The notes under the pieces are model-generated. The model searched no databases. It saw only the letters and a list, made by a program, of their open reading frames with translations, and was not told the origin of the DNA. The position numbers and the translations under genes are program-made. Positions 52,730 to 63,735 of a DNA stretch of 64,000 bases are shown in pieces. The stretch spans positions 423-64,422 of the forward strand of contig CASFLB010000002.1 of assembly GCA_949295395.1 (NCBI GenBank), in the 5' to 3' direction. Positions within the stretch are counted from its first letter, which is position 1; the number at the start of each line of letters is the position of its first letter. This DNA is from an uncultured Pseudomonadota bacterium (GTDB lineage Bacteria; Pseudomonadota; Alphaproteobacteria; RF32; CAG-239).

Positions 52730-53260
52730 ATGACAACCATACTCTGCGTCCGCAAAAACGGCACGGTAGCCATGGCCGGAGACGGACAAGCCACGTTAGG
52801 AGAATCAACCATATTCAAATCAACTTCAGTAAAAGTCAGACGCATCGGCAACGGCAGCATCATTGCCGGATTCGCCGGCGCCGCCGCAGATGGCATTACC
52901 TTAATCGAGCGGCTGGAAGAAAAGCTTGAACAAAACGCTTATCAGTTAAAACGCGCCGCCGTATCTTTGGCAAAAGATTGGCGCATGGACAAGTATTTAA
53001 GACAGCTCCAAGCCGTGATGATTGTTGCCGACAAAGACATTTCATTGGTCATTTCTGGCACCGGAGAAGTCATGGAACCTGACGACGGCATCATCGGCAT
53101 CGGCTCCGGAGGAAATTATGCCATGGCCGCCGCCAAGGCCTTAGCGGAAGTCAATGACTTCAGCGCCGAAGAAATCGCTAAAAAAGCCTTAAAAATTGCC
53201 GGCGACATTGATGTTTATACCAACCATAACGTAATCATAGAAAAAATAGAGAGCAAATAA
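52730..53260 (+). CDS. hslV: ATP-dependent protease subunit HslV
   Basis: N-terminal Thr after Met ([11 protein letters not shown]...). 176 aa. Confidence 0.95.
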   Translation: MTTILCVRKNGTVAMAGDGQATLGESTIFKSTSVKVRRIGNGSIIAGFAGAAADGITLIERLEEKLEQNAYQLKRAAVSLAKDWRMDKYLRQLQAVMIVADKDISLVISGTGEVMEPDDGIIGIGSGGNYAMAAAKALAEVNDFSAEEIAKKALKIAGDIDVYTNHNVIIEKIESK

Positions 53261-53261
53261 G

Positions 53262-54575
53262 ATGACCGCAAATTTCAGCCCGAGAGAGATTGTCTCGGAA
53301 CTCGACCGCTTTATTGTCGGCCAAGAAGAAGCCAAAAAAGCCGTAGCCATAGCTTTAAGAAACCGCTGGCGCCGTATGCAATTACCGGAACAATTAAAAG
53401 AAGAAATTGTCCCGAAAAACATTTTGATGGTCGGCCCAACCGGTGTCGGTAAAACCGAAATTTCGCGCCGCTTGGCCAAATTGGTAAAAGCCCCGTTTGT
53501 AAAAGTTGAGGCCACTAAATTTACCGAAATAGGCTATGTCGGCCGCGATGTTGAATCAATCATTCGCGACTTGGTTGAAACCGCTATAAATACCACCAAG
53601 CTTGAACAACGCAAATCCGTTCGGGTTAAAGCTGAAGCCGCCGCCGAGGAACGTCTGTTAAAAGCCTTGGTCGGTAAAGATTCGGGTGAAGAAACCCGCC
53701 AAAAATTCAGAGAAATGCTGCGCTCCGGCTCTTTGGATAATAACGAGATTGAGATTGATATTATCGACAACGGCAATGCCAGCATGCCAACAATCGACAT
53801 CCCCGGAATGCCCGGCGCCCAAATGGGCATGATAAGCCTGGGCGATTTACTGGGCAAACCTTTTGGCGACAAATACAAAACCCGCAAGCTCAAAGTCGCA
53901 GACGCCCGCAAAATCATCATTGATGAAGAAAGCGACAAGCTTTTGGATAATGACAACATCACCGTCCAAGCCATTAAATCGGTTGAAAACGACGGCATTG
54001 TCTTTATTGATGAGATTGATAAAATCTGCGCCAAAGACGAGCGCCGCGGCGGTGATGTCTCCAGAGAAGGTGTCCAGCGCGACCTCTTGCCCTTGATTGA
54101 AGGCACGATTGTCAACACTAAATACGGCGCAGTCAAAACAGACCATATTTTGTTTATATGTTCGGGCGCTTTTCACTTGTCAAAACCGTCGGATTTACTG
54201 CCGGAATTACAAGGACGCCTACCGATTCGCGTCGAATTAAAGGCCTTGAGCAAAGAAGACTTCATCAAAATCTTGAAAGAGCCTGAAGCCAACCTGATCG
54301 AGCAATATATCGCTCTTTTGGGAACAGAAAACTTCACCCTCAAATTTGATGACGAAGCGATTGAAAAAATTGCCGACATAGCGGTTGCGATTAATGAAAA
54401 TGTTGAAAACATCGGCGCCCGCCGCCTGCACACGGTTTTAGAGATTTTGCTTGAAGACATCAGCTTCAATGCCTCGGACCGCAGCGGCCAAACCGAAACC
54501 ATAACCGCTCAAATGGTTGAAGACAAACTTCAAAAATTCACCAAAGCAACCGACCTTTCAAAATTCATTTTATAA
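53262..54575 (+). CDS. hslU: ATP-dependent protease ATPase subunit HslU
   Basis: Walker [27 protein letters not shown]-terminus. 437 aa. Confidence 0.95.
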   Translation: MTANFSPREIVSELDRFIVGQEEAKKAVAIALRNRWRRMQLPEQLKEEIVPKNILMVGPTGVGKTEISRRLAKLVKAPFVKVEATKFTEIGYVGRDVESIIRDLVETAINTTKLEQRKSVRVKAEAAAEERLLKALVGKDSGEETRQKFREMLRSGSLDNNEIEIDIIDNGNASMPTIDIPGMPGAQMGMISLGDLLGKPFGDKYKTRKLKVADARKIIIDEESDKLLDNDNITVQAIKSVENDGIVFIDEIDKICAKDERRGGDVSREGVQRDLLPLIEGTIVNTKYGAVKTDHILFICSGAFHLSKPSDLLPELQGRLPIRVELKALSKEDFIKILKEPEANLIEQYIALLGTENFTLKFDDEAIEKIADIAVAINENVENIGARRLHTVLEILLEDISFNASDRSGQTETITAQMVEDKLQKFTKATDLSKFIL

Positions 54576-54580
54576 GGCGA

Positions 54581-55684
54581 GTGCAAAAGATGAACCGTCG
54601 CAATTTCGGCATTTACATTCATTGGCCCTTTTGCCGCAGTAAATGCCCTTATTGCGACTTTTTTTCGCAAGTCAAAAAAGACATTCCGCAAGAAAGAATC
54701 ATCGAAGACTATATCCAAGAGCTTGATTTCTACCATAACTTAACTTCAACAGAACAAGTCAGCAGCATTTTTTTCGGCGGCGGCACACCGTCGCTAATCA
54801 AACCCCAACTGATTGCACACTTAATTGAAGAAATCGGAAAAAAGTGGAGCTTGAAAAAAGACATTGAGATTTCACTTGAAGCCAACCCCAACACCGACAG
54901 CCCGACATTATTTTCCGACTTAAAATCAGCCGGAATCAATCGCTTGTCACTTGGCGTTCAAGCCCTAAACGATAAGGATTTGAAGTTTTTAGGCCGCACA
55001 CACAATGCCGCCCAAGCCCAAACCGCCATTGAGAAGGTTCTCAAAACTTTTGATAACCACTCCATGGACTTAATTTACGCCCGCCCCGAGCAAAAACTAG
55101 AGGCTTGGCAACAAGAACTTTCACAAGCCGTCGGATTCGGTTTTAAGCACTTATCGCTGTATCAATTAACAATTGAAGAAGGAACCAACTTTGCCAAACG
55201 CGGTATTAAGGCTTTGGAAGAAAACGCCGCCGCCGAAATGTACGATGTCACCACCGATTTTTTAGCTGAGCACGGCTACCCGCGTTACGAAGTTTCAAAC
55301 TTTGCTACACCACAATATCAGTGCCGCCACAATTTGCTTTATTGGCAAGGAGATAACTACATCGGCGTCGGGCAAGGCGCACACGGCCGAATAAAAACCA
55401 CGGAAAACAAAATTTACGCCACCACCTACCGCTGCCGGCTTGAAGAACTATCACCGGAAGAACGTGCCGAAGAACTATTGCTAATGGGCCTGCGCCTTGA
55501 TGAGGGAATCAACAAGAAAAATTTTAAGGCGCTTTGCGGAAAAGACTTTTCAAATATAACCGATTCGCAAAAAATCAAAGAGCTCGAAAAACTTGGTTTC
55601 ATACAAGACAACCAAAACACCGTCCGCCTAACAAAAACAGGCTTTCCGCTCATGAATCACATTTTATCTGAGATAATAACCTAA
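54581..55684 (+). CDS. hemW: radical SAM heme chaperone HemW (HemN-like, oxygen-independent coproporphyrinogen oxidase family)
   Basis: CxxxCxxC motif CRSKCPYCDF. 367 aa, the HemW-length class. Confidence 0.85.
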   Translation: MQKMNRRNFGIYIHWPFCRSKCPYCDFFSQVKKDIPQERIIEDYIQELDFYHNLTSTEQVSSIFFGGGTPSLIKPQLIAHLIEEIGKKWSLKKDIEISLEANPNTDSPTLFSDLKSAGINRLSLGVQALNDKDLKFLGRTHNAAQAQTAIEKVLKTFDNHSMDLIYARPEQKLEAWQQELSQAVGFGFKHLSLYQLTIEEGTNFAKRGIKALEENAAAEMYDVTTDFLAEHGYPRYEVSNFATPQYQCRHNLLYWQGDNYIGVGQGAHGRIKTTENKIYATTYRCRLEELSPEERAEELLLMGLRLDEGINKKNFKALCGKDFSNITDSQKIKELEKLGFIQDNQNTVRLTKTGFPLMNHILSEIIT

Positions 55685-55935
55685 CGCGCCGAATTAAAAT
55701 AGTCGACAGCATCAATAATCCTAGAAAGATCAGACGGAGAAACAGCCTCTTTACCGTCCAGAAGAGAATTCAGCTTGTCAAGTCCGAGCCCTGAGCGTTC
55801 CGCAATATCTTCTTTTGACAAAGCTGAAGAGGCAACCAATCGAGAAAGCTTTGTTCTCATTTGTCTTTGCAACACCGAAAGAACAAAAACCTCATCATCA
55901 CAATCTGAAAAAGAGCTGGAAGTAAAATCAGTCAT
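55681..55935 (-). CDS. small putative HTH DNA-binding protein
   Basis: The segment ALSKEDIAERSGLGLDKLNSLLDG resembles an XRE-type HTH. Start uncertain (55935 or 55977). Confidence 0.4.
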   Translation of the reverse strand: MTDFTSSSFSDCDDEVFVLSVLQRQMRTKLSRLVASSALSKEDIAERSGLGLDKLNSLLDGKEAVSPSDLSRIIDAVDYFNSAR

Positions 55936-56125
55936 AAAAAGTCCTCCAATCAAATCACTGAAAACTCTGCACACCACCTCAGAGCTGGAGGGAAATAGGC
56001 ACGTTCAAAAAATAGTCCGAGTCCACATTTCCACGATAAATTCGCAAAAACACAAAATGTGTCCCTAGAAGATAATCATGATTTTTTAAAAGACAAGAGA
56101 AAAGATAAAAATTTTGTATTTTCAA

Positions 56126-56154
56126 CAAAAAAGGGGGATACTCCCCCTTTTTTT
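56126..56154. terminator. bidirectional rho-independent terminator downstream of trxA
   Basis: AAAAAA-GGGGGA-TAC-TCCCCC-TTTTTTT: perfect 6-bp G/C stem with both an A-run and a T-run. Confidence 0.6.
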
Positions 56155-56172
56155 AACCACAAAACAAAAGCC

Positions 56173-56487
56173 TTATAAATGAGCCTCTATCCAAGAAACC
56201 ATTGTAGACTTTGGATTCAAACCAACTTTAACATCAATTTGTTTTCCGTCTTTGAACAAAAAGATTGAAGGAATACTTCTGATTCCAAGCTCAGAAGCTT
56301 TGTTCGGAGACTCATCAACATTCATTTTGCATATTTTAACTTTGTCGCCCATTTCTTTTGAAATATCTTCCAAGATTGGAAGCATTTGACGGCAAGGGCC
56401 ACACCATTCAGCCCAAAAATCAACCAAAACCAAACCTTTTGCATTCAAAACTTCAGCATCAAACTGAGAATCATTAATTGCTAACAT
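56173..56487 (-). CDS. trxA: thioredoxin
   Basis: WAEWCGPCR active site. 104 aa. Confidence 0.9.
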   Translation of the reverse strand: MLAINDSQFDAEVLNAKGLVLVDFWAEWCGPCRQMLPILEDISKEMGDKVKICKMNVDESPNKASELGIRSIPSIFLFKDGKQIDVKVGLNPKSTMVSWIEAHL

Positions 56488-56567
56488 AGAAGCTCCCTTT
56501 CATAAAAAAACGTTGTAACTTAATATAGGGTATAAAAACAAAGAATAAAAGACTTTTCTTATAAAAA

Positions 56568-59500
56568 TTAATCAAGCGGCATCAAAAAAGCGGTATCTGT
56601 CCATAAAATAAAGCAATGAACACTTTTTTCGGGATAAATTTTTTCAACCAACTGTTTATAAACGGCCAGCTGTTTTTTATAAATCACCGGCACATCGTCA
56701 ATCGTTTTTGCCGCTGGGCGGTTAGTTTTAAAATCAATAATCAAAACCTCATCATCACGCACAACAAGTCGGTCAATTTGCGCCGAAATAATCTTGCCAT
56801 CGACCATACCCATCAGCGGTACTTCCGCTTTTGACCCATCACCAAAAACCTTTTCAAAGTCCGGATTCTGTAACAGATTCAAGACTTCGTGAAGAATAAC
56901 ATCATGTTGATTCTCCGGCAAATCTGAGGCATTTGCACGCAAAAACGCCTTAATAACCGAAGACAAATCCCCCTGTTTGACATCCGGCAAAAATTGAAGA
57001 AGTTTATGAATAACCCGTCCACGGCGAAAACGATGCTCATCTTCCTTAAAAATCGGTGAAATCAAAGCCGATTCGGAAAGCTCATCTTCCTCATCAGGAC
57101 GAGACGGTGTATAAGGCTTAGCCAGCAATTCCTCATCAGGAGCCTTTGAAAAAAGCCACGCCGGAATATCACGACAATCTCCGCCCCCGTCAACAGAATT
57201 CTGTTCCTGTTTCTTTTTTTGGGAAACGAAATCTTGCGATGTTTCAAAAATCAAATTTCCATCAGCATCTTCACAAGCATCAGGCAAAAAATTACGCCGA
57301 CAAATATCGTACCAACAATCTTCTTTAATGGCATTTTTCCCTTTATACCCGCAAAGGCAAAGCCTGTCTTCGGCACGAGTCAAAGCCACATAAAGCAAGC
57401 GGCGATATTCTTCCAAAGCCTTTTGATTCATTTTTTGATTAATCTTAAGGCAAACATCATCATAATCCGCCGACTTTAGAGGAAAGAACATCAGTTCGTC
57501 CCACAACATCGCGGCTTCTTTCTTTTCCGAGGCAACACGTACCATATCGGGCAAAATAACAATAGGCGCTTGTAAACCTTTTGAGCCATGAACCGTCATC
57601 AAACGAACCAGATTTTGAGAAGATTGTTCTTGCTCACGCTTAATTTCCACCTCATCTTGCGTAATCCAATCAATAAAAGATTGCAAACTCGGCACATGAT
57701 CTTGTTCAAAAGCAACGGTCAGATTCATAAATTCATCAATCCCGTCTTCCACCTCAGCCCCCATACGAGCCACAAATTTTTTCCGTCCTGACAATTTGTT
57801 CAGAACAAAAGAATAGAGTTCAAACGGGCGAACATAATCAGCTTTATTCAACAAAAGTTGCAACTCGGCATAAACAGAAGCATATTTTGCATTTTGAGAA
57901 AGCCTTGTCAACAAAGGTGTCATACCGCGTTCCGCACATAACTCGAGCAAATCCATATCATCAAGCCCCCACAGCGGCGACTTCAAAATTTCGGCAAGGG
58001 TCAAATCATCAGTCGGCAACAGCAAAAACTTTCCGATTCCGATTAAATCTTTAATTGCCATCTGCTCCAAGAGTTTAATTTTATCGACACCGGCAACAGC
58101 CACGCCCACTTTTTTACAAGCCCGAACAAATTCCTCAACAAAAGCGTTGCGCCGCTGAACCAAAACCAAAAAATCACCATAAACAACCGGCCTGTTTTTT
58201 GATTTAAGGATATCACCGTTTTCCACCATAGACTTAATTTTAAGAGCAATAGCAGCCGCCAAGCGTGAACTGGTTGAATCAGAGGATGTTTTTTCAACCG
58301 GCGGCAGCCAAACATCAGGATTCTCATTAGGCAAAGGCTCAATCAGGGGCCATAAAACAACTTTTCCGGAATCCCCGACCCGAAACGGAATATGCGTCAT
58401 ATCTTGCTCGGGCAAGACCACGCCTTTTTTAGCTTCTTCATCAGAAAAGACCTTATTCACCGTATCAAGAACAGCCGAGGTTGACCGAAAAGAAACATCA
58501 AGTTTCACCTCTTCAAAATCATCGGCCGCCGCATGAAAATAGCGGCGCATATTTTCAAATTCCTCAGGATCCGCGCCTTGAAAGCTGTAAATAGATTGCT
58601 TGCGATCACCAACGGCAAACACCGTTCGAACAATATCATCAGCTCCGACACCGGCAAAAAACTCTTCGGTCAAAGCTTTAACAATCGCCCATTGGTCAGG
58701 AGACGTATCTTGCGCTTCATCAATCAAAACGCTGTCGATACCGCCGTCAAGCTTATACATCACCCATTGAGCAACAGCCTGATTTTCAAGCAAATGACGT
58801 GTTAAGACAATAAGGTCTTCATAATCCATTTTTGAATGAAGAATTTTATAAGCATTATAGCCCTTAATCAGCTCTTCGGCCAAAAGCAACACAGCTTTGG
58901 TAGAGGTAAACACGCGCAAAGACACCAACTTTCGCTTAAGAGCCAAAACACGTTCAGCTTCGGCTGTAAGCAAGTCATCAATATCAGGCTCAAAAGCACG
59001 TGCACTTTTGGTCGCCAGCCTAGGCATATCATCTTTTTTAAGGAAACAAGCAGCATAATCGTCGAATGAAAGACTTTTGACATCGGTCAAAACACGTTCC
59101 AAAACAGCAGAACGAGCCACATCGGTTGCCGCTCCGTTTTGCAAAGAAGCAATTATCTTTTTAAGCTCCGCAGAAGAAAGAGCTTCAAAAAAATCAGCAA
59201 TTAAATTTTCGGCACAATCATCGGGCTTAAGACCAAACTTTTGAGCCAAAGCCTCCAAAATTGAATCAACGGAATCGTAAGAAACAAGCAATCGAATAAG
59301 TTTATTTCGATTATCGGCAAGAGTTTTAAAAATCTGCGGAAATTTCGATTCGCTGACATGTTCGGTCAAATAAATAAGAGCTTGGGCAACGGCACTATCG
59401 GGAGAATGCTCAATTTTTTGCAACAAATGCGTTTTAACCTCATCAAGAGCTTCCGCCGCCATACGATCATCCATCACCGAAAAATAAGGAGAAACTTGAG

Positions 59501-59951
59501 CCTCAAGCGGAAAGCGTTTCAACACATCCTGACAAAAGCTATGTATCGTCTGAATTTTCATTCCACCGGGAGTATCAAGTAACAAAGCAAAAAGCTGACG
59601 AGCTTTAGCCTCAAGAGCGGCATAATCTTTTTGTTCTTTGGGCAGTATCCCGAGCAAATTATAAAGTTCTTTATGAAGTTTTTCATCGTCAGCCACCGCC
59701 CATTCGCTCAACCGTTTAGCAATACGATCATTCATTTCAACGGCGGCCGCCTTGGTATAAGTCAAACACAAAATTTTAGCCGGATTAACATTATTTAAGA
59801 GCAAACGTAACACTCTATCCGACAACACCTTCGTTTTTCCGGTTCCGGCCGAAGCTTCTACCCAAACCGACTTCAAAGGATTAGCGGCACGGCGCTGTTG
59901 CTGGGTTGCTGTTTCACCGCGTTTGTCACGAATATCGGCACAATCGGTCAT
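56568..59951 (-). CDS. addA: double-strand break repair helicase/nuclease AddA (UvrD-like helicase + C-terminal PD-(D/E)xK nuclease)
   Basis: 1127 aa. N-terminal Walker A ASAGTGKTKVL (UvrD/Rep family). Co-oriented with the AddB-like gene. Confidence 0.85.
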   Translation of the reverse strand: MTDCADIRDKRGETATQQQRRAANPLKSVWVEASAGTGKTKVLSDRVLRLLLNNVNPAKILCLTYTKAAAVEMNDRIAKRLSEWAVADDEKLHKELYNLLGILPKEQKDYAALEAKARQLFALLLDTPGGMKIQTIHSFCQDVLKRFPLEAQVSPYFSVMDDRMAAEALDEVKTHLLQKIEHSPDSAVAQALIYLTEHVSESKFPQIFKTLADNRNKLIRLLVSYDSVDSILEALAQKFGLKPDDCAENLIADFFEALSSAELKKIIASLQNGAATDVARSAVLERVLTDVKSLSFDDYAACFLKKDDMPRLATKSARAFEPDIDDLLTAEAERVLALKRKLVSLRVFTSTKAVLLLAEELIKGYNAYKILHSKMDYEDLIVLTRHLLENQAVAQWVMYKLDGGIDSVLIDEAQDTSPDQWAIVKALTEEFFAGVGADDIVRTVFAVGDRKQSIYSFQGADPEEFENMRRYFHAAADDFEEVKLDVSFRSTSAVLDTVNKVFSDEEAKKGVVLPEQDMTHIPFRVGDSGKVVLWPLIEPLPNENPDVWLPPVEKTSSDSTSSRLAAAIALKIKSMVENGDILKSKNRPVVYGDFLVLVQRRNAFVEEFVRACKKVGVAVAGVDKIKLLEQMAIKDLIGIGKFLLLPTDDLTLAEILKSPLWGLDDMDLLELCAERGMTPLLTRLSQNAKYASVYAELQLLLNKADYVRPFELYSFVLNKLSGRKKFVARMGAEVEDGIDEFMNLTVAFEQDHVPSLQSFIDWITQDEVEIKREQEQSSQNLVRLMTVHGSKGLQAPIVILPDMVRVASEKKEAAMLWDELMFFPLKSADYDDVCLKINQKMNQKALEEYRRLLYVALTRAEDRLCLCGYKGKNAIKEDCWYDICRRNFLPDACEDADGNLIFETSQDFVSQKKKQEQNSVDGGGDCRDIPAWLFSKAPDEELLAKPYTPSRPDEEDELSESALISPIFKEDEHRFRRGRVIHKLLQFLPDVKQGDLSSVIKAFLRANASDLPENQHDVILHEVLNLLQNPDFEKVFGDGSKAEVPLMGMVDGKIISAQIDRLVVRDDEVLIIDFKTNRPAAKTIDDVPVIYKKQLAVYKQLVEKIYPEKSVHCFILWTDTAFLMPLD

Positions 59952-59966
59952 AAGCTATCTCCTTCA

Positions 59967-62858
59967 TCACTCATCGTCATTATCCCCCAAGACCTTCCAC
60001 TCGGCCACACGAGCAAGATTAAGATAATCTGAATATCGAGGAGCATAGGCCGGATTCGGCTGACAATAATAAGGCGTATTTGGATCATCAAAGGTTGAGA
60101 TTAATTCAACCAAACGCTCTTGAGTTTTTTGCAGCACATCATCAACATTTTTATCAAAAAAAGTTTCTTTTTTACCAAGTTGCCAATAAATAAGGGCGGC
60201 AACTTTTTTAGAAGCAAGATCACGAAAACCGCCTTTTGAGGCAATCAATCCTTCAATCGGAAGCTGGGGCGCATAGCCTTTCACGATTTCATTAGAGCTA
60301 CGAGCACTTCCGGTTTTATAATCAAGAACATTAACCTCTCCCTCAAGTGTTTCATCAACACGATCGGCTTTCGCGGTAACTTCAAAATCACCGGCCGCAG
60401 CTTTCAAAACAACCGAACCGGAAAGCTCAAAATGAACACGCGCGATATGTTGACGATACGCGGCTTCGGTTGCCGCCAACCATTTAACGCTTTTAACAAA
60501 ATTCGGCCACCAAAACGCACGTTTTTCCAAAGCAACTTGGTTCTCGGTAAAATAATCGTCACCGAGTTTAAGCAAAATTTCTTCAGCTTGTTCGGGATAA
60601 ACCGTCGGATAGCGACGATTAAACACTTCAAGCACTTTATGAACCAGCGTTCCGTAATCTCTGAAATCGAGTTCGCGATTAAGGTCGTTAAGAGGACGAA
60701 GTTTAAGAATATAACGAGCAAAAATCTGATACGGATCGCGCATAAGAATTTCAATAGAACTTGCCGAAAACTTTCGCGGACGATAACAAAGAGGGGGTTT
60801 TGGCTCCGGCGGATTAATCGGAAAGAACCCTTCGGGTTTATCAAGTTCCGCCCCCCAAAAAGCATAGTTTGGAGCATAAAGATGTTTAAACTCATAGCCC
60901 AAAGCACTCAAGACGGTTTGCAACCGCAACCACCAACGAGAATAAGACATCGGCGTCGATTGAACCTTAGCGGCACGTGTTAAAATCACGTGCTTTCCGC
61001 ACAAAAAATCAGCAAAATCTTTGGCCAAAATACCGACAGCTTTTTCGGGCAACGGCAAACCAAAATTCTTTTTCATAGGGCGCGACATCCATGGGTCGGC
61101 ATCAGAAGACTTCGGCCATGCTCCTTCATTAACTTCACCGATAATCAAGCGGTCAAAATGGCAAAGACGAGCCTCAATCGGCCCAAGAATTTTCAACCGC
61201 GGATGAGTTCCGTAGCGCGGCCGCACGGTAACACCGACCATAAGCGATTCGAGCAAATCAAGATATTCACCGCCGTTCAGTAAATCCAGCTCATCAGCCT
61301 CGTCATAAAGAGAAGAGAAGAACGCCGCGGCGGATTCGCCGTCATCACCGCGCCATAAAACGGCAGCACCGCTTTTATCAGGAACAGACGCCAGCTTTTC
61401 AGCCGCCAAAATATGAGCTTCAAGCAATTCTTTAAGACTTGTGGAGCGAGTCAATAAATCGCACAAGGGTTTAAGCTGTTGTTTTAAGGCATCAAAAACG
61501 CGCAAAATATCGGGATTATCGGACGGTTCATCAGCACGCAAAACCAGTTTTTCAAAATCACGCACCTGTCGCCGAACCAAAGAATAATCTTCTCCGTTTG
61601 CAAAGAACGGATGTTTCATCAAAGCCAACAGCGGCACCGGAGCAAAATCGTCCAAACAAGCCTGAAGAATAAGCCGTAAAAAAGCACCGACAGGCGAAAG
61701 AGAAAGCGGTTTACCGGCCGAATCATCAACCTTAATATCCCACCGCTCCAACTCTGCGGCAACCCGACGCGCCAAATTTCGATCGGTCGTCACAAGGGCG
61801 GCTGTCTTTTCGGGCGTTTCCAAAACTTCTCTCATCAGCAAAGAAACAGCAACCGCCTCTTGACGCAAATCGGAACAATCAAGAACGGACAACCCCTGCA
61901 CGGCCTGCGGCATAATTTTTTCGCTTGCCAACCAGCGCCATTTATCAGTTGAAGAAGCCGGCCGCATAAGTTCGGAAACAAGTTTTTCGCGCGCCGAATT
62001 AAAAGACGAACAAAAATCCACCACCTCAAAACGGTCAACACCGATAAAATCCAAAAGTTGCTTGAGTTCAAATTGCGGATGAGATTCATCAAGCTTATCA
62101 TAACTATGAGCATCAAGATATTTATCAACGCCGTAAAGAATAACCTCCCCTTTTGGCAAATCCAAAACCGTTTTCACCAAGCGCCGCATCATCGGATAAG
62201 TCGCGGTTGTGCCGGCCACAACGATTCGCTTTGAGGGCGGATGCTTCTGCCAAAAGCGGCATTGCAAATCAAGCAAAATATTGCGCCGTTCCGCCGGATC
62301 AACCCAATGATGTTCTTTTAAGTAATCCGGCCATTGCTTTGTCACGATTTCCAAAAAACGTAACGTATCAAGCCAATGCTGGGCATATTCTTCGGGAACA
62401 AGATTTTTCAGATTATCAAAAGAAAGCTGTTCATGATGCACATCATCAATCAGCTTGCACAAAGATTGAGCCAAAGAACAGGCCTGTTGCGCCGAAAACT
62501 GCTCCAGCCCGAACTGCGGCGCATCATGCTTGATTTTTTTTGTAAACCACAACAAGCGGCGGAGCGACGGCACGGCAGGCGGCAAATTTTTAAGTTCTTC
62601 GGAAAAATCAAAACCGGAAACAAACAGCTCATCTTCTTCAACATCGCCCAGCGGCATCATCTGCGGCAAGAGCGTCGGTTTAAGACCTTGCGCACGTACA
62701 AACGCCTCTTTTAAGTTTTGACAAGCACGTCGATTCGGCAACAGAAACAACACCTCGGAAAGCCCGAGGGGACAATCAGAATATTCATCTAAAAACTTCT
62801 GCGCCACCGCGTCAACAAACGCCACGCTGGAAGGAACATTAAAAACCTTTCTCATCAT
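59967..62858 (-). CDS. addB: double-strand break repair protein AddB
   Basis: 963 aa. Upstream partner of addA, in alphaproteobacterial AddAB order. Confidence 0.8.
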   Translation of the reverse strand: MMRKVFNVPSSVAFVDAVAQKFLDEYSDCPLGLSEVLFLLPNRRACQNLKEAFVRAQGLKPTLLPQMMPLGDVEEDELFVSGFDFSEELKNLPPAVPSLRRLLWFTKKIKHDAPQFGLEQFSAQQACSLAQSLCKLIDDVHHEQLSFDNLKNLVPEEYAQHWLDTLRFLEIVTKQWPDYLKEHHWVDPAERRNILLDLQCRFWQKHPPSKRIVVAGTTATYPMMRRLVKTVLDLPKGEVILYGVDKYLDAHSYDKLDESHPQFELKQLLDFIGVDRFEVVDFCSSFNSAREKLVSELMRPASSTDKWRWLASEKIMPQAVQGLSVLDCSDLRQEAVAVSLLMREVLETPEKTAALVTTDRNLARRVAAELERWDIKVDDSAGKPLSLSPVGAFLRLILQACLDDFAPVPLLALMKHPFFANGEDYSLVRRQVRDFEKLVLRADEPSDNPDILRVFDALKQQLKPLCDLLTRSTSLKELLEAHILAAEKLASVPDKSGAAVLWRGDDGESAAAFFSSLYDEADELDLLNGGEYLDLLESLMVGVTVRPRYGTHPRLKILGPIEARLCHFDRLIIGEVNEGAWPKSSDADPWMSRPMKKNFGLPLPEKAVGILAKDFADFLCGKHVILTRAAKVQSTPMSYSRWWLRLQTVLSALGYEFKHLYAPNYAFWGAELDKPEGFFPINPPEPKPPLCYRPRKFSASSIEILMRDPYQIFARYILKLRPLNDLNRELDFRDYGTLVHKVLEVFNRRYPTVYPEQAEEILLKLGDDYFTENQVALEKRAFWWPNFVKSVKWLAATEAAYRQHIARVHFELSGSVVLKAAAGDFEVTAKADRVDETLEGEVNVLDYKTGSARSSNEIVKGYAPQLPIEGLIASKGGFRDLASKKVAALIYWQLGKKETFFDKNVDDVLQKTQERLVELISTFDDPNTPYYCQPNPAYAPRYSDYLNLARVAEWKVLGDNDDE

Positions 62859-62918
62859 AAAATGAGTTTAAGAATCTCGGTCATAATAGTCAATAACAAA
62901 TTAATTTATCAATTCCAC

Positions 62919-63713
62919 TTAAAACTCAAGAACAGGATAGATTGCACGGGAAGTAGACTTTGCTGCTCCCCTCAATCCGTAGAACGAGTATGCGGCGTCG
63001 TAATCATATTCCAGCGCTGTTTCATAATCATTCTCGGTCGACGACCAAAGGGGACAATGGGTACTGGGTGCTTCTACGCCTGCTCTAAAAAAGCCTTTAT
63101 CAATCGTGATTTTATTATCACCATATGAAGCCCATACTCCGGCCGCCGGTAAGCACCAATCACCGGCACTCGTTCCTTCAGTGCTATATTCATTTACCGC
63201 CTTTGCCGCATCACCTCCTGCAGCCATAATGATCTTACTATTGGCACAACTTGCAAAATCGATTATGCCTTTTGATGGGGGATAATTCGTTAGTTCCGGT
63301 ATATCTTCATCATTAAGCCAATTACCCCAGTCATATGCATAATCAAGTCTATCCAAAGCCAAGGCTTGACCATGACCAAAGCCATCAACATAAACAACCA
63401 CACCGATTGGTGTTTTACCTGATTGTAATTCTATTGAACAAGTTTTATCAGAATAAAAAATTGCACCGATTTGACATCCGCTGTTTGCACTTTCTTGCTC
63501 CATGATTTCAATTTTTTGTTCAAGTTCATTAATTTTATTAGCAAGATCGCAATTCCAATAATTGCCGAACGGGCATTTGAGGCCGCCGGTACAAGAGGTA
63601 GTGCTGGTATAGCCTAAGGTGGTACAGCTTGGTGTGGCAATACAAGCCGCCTTCGCTTGCACAATGCCACCACAAAGAACAAATACCGTTGTTGCATAAA
63701 GTATTTTTTTCAT
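62919..63713 (-). CDS. secreted protein: signal peptide + N-terminal Cys-rich module + DUF1566-like C-terminal domain
   Basis: Signal peptide MKKILYATTVFVLCGGIVQA. Cys-rich CIATPSCTTLGYTSTTSCTGGLKCPFGNYWNCD. C-terminal GDWCLPAAGVWAS (compare W.LP) and CPLWSSTEND (compare yWSST), resembling DUF1566. Confidence 0.6.
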   Translation of the reverse strand: MKKILYATTVFVLCGGIVQAKAACIATPSCTTLGYTSTTSCTGGLKCPFGNYWNCDLANKINELEQKIEIMEQESANSGCQIGAIFYSDKTCSIELQSGKTPIGVVVYVDGFGHGQALALDRLDYAYDWGNWLNDEDIPELTNYPPSKGIIDFASCANSKIIMAAGGDAAKAVNEYSTEGTSAGDWCLPAAGVWASYGDNKITIDKGFFRAGVEAPSTHCPLWSSTENDYETALEYDYDAAYSFYGLRGAAKSTSRAIYPVLEF

Positions 63714-63735
63714 TGTCGTTCTCCTTTGCTTTTTT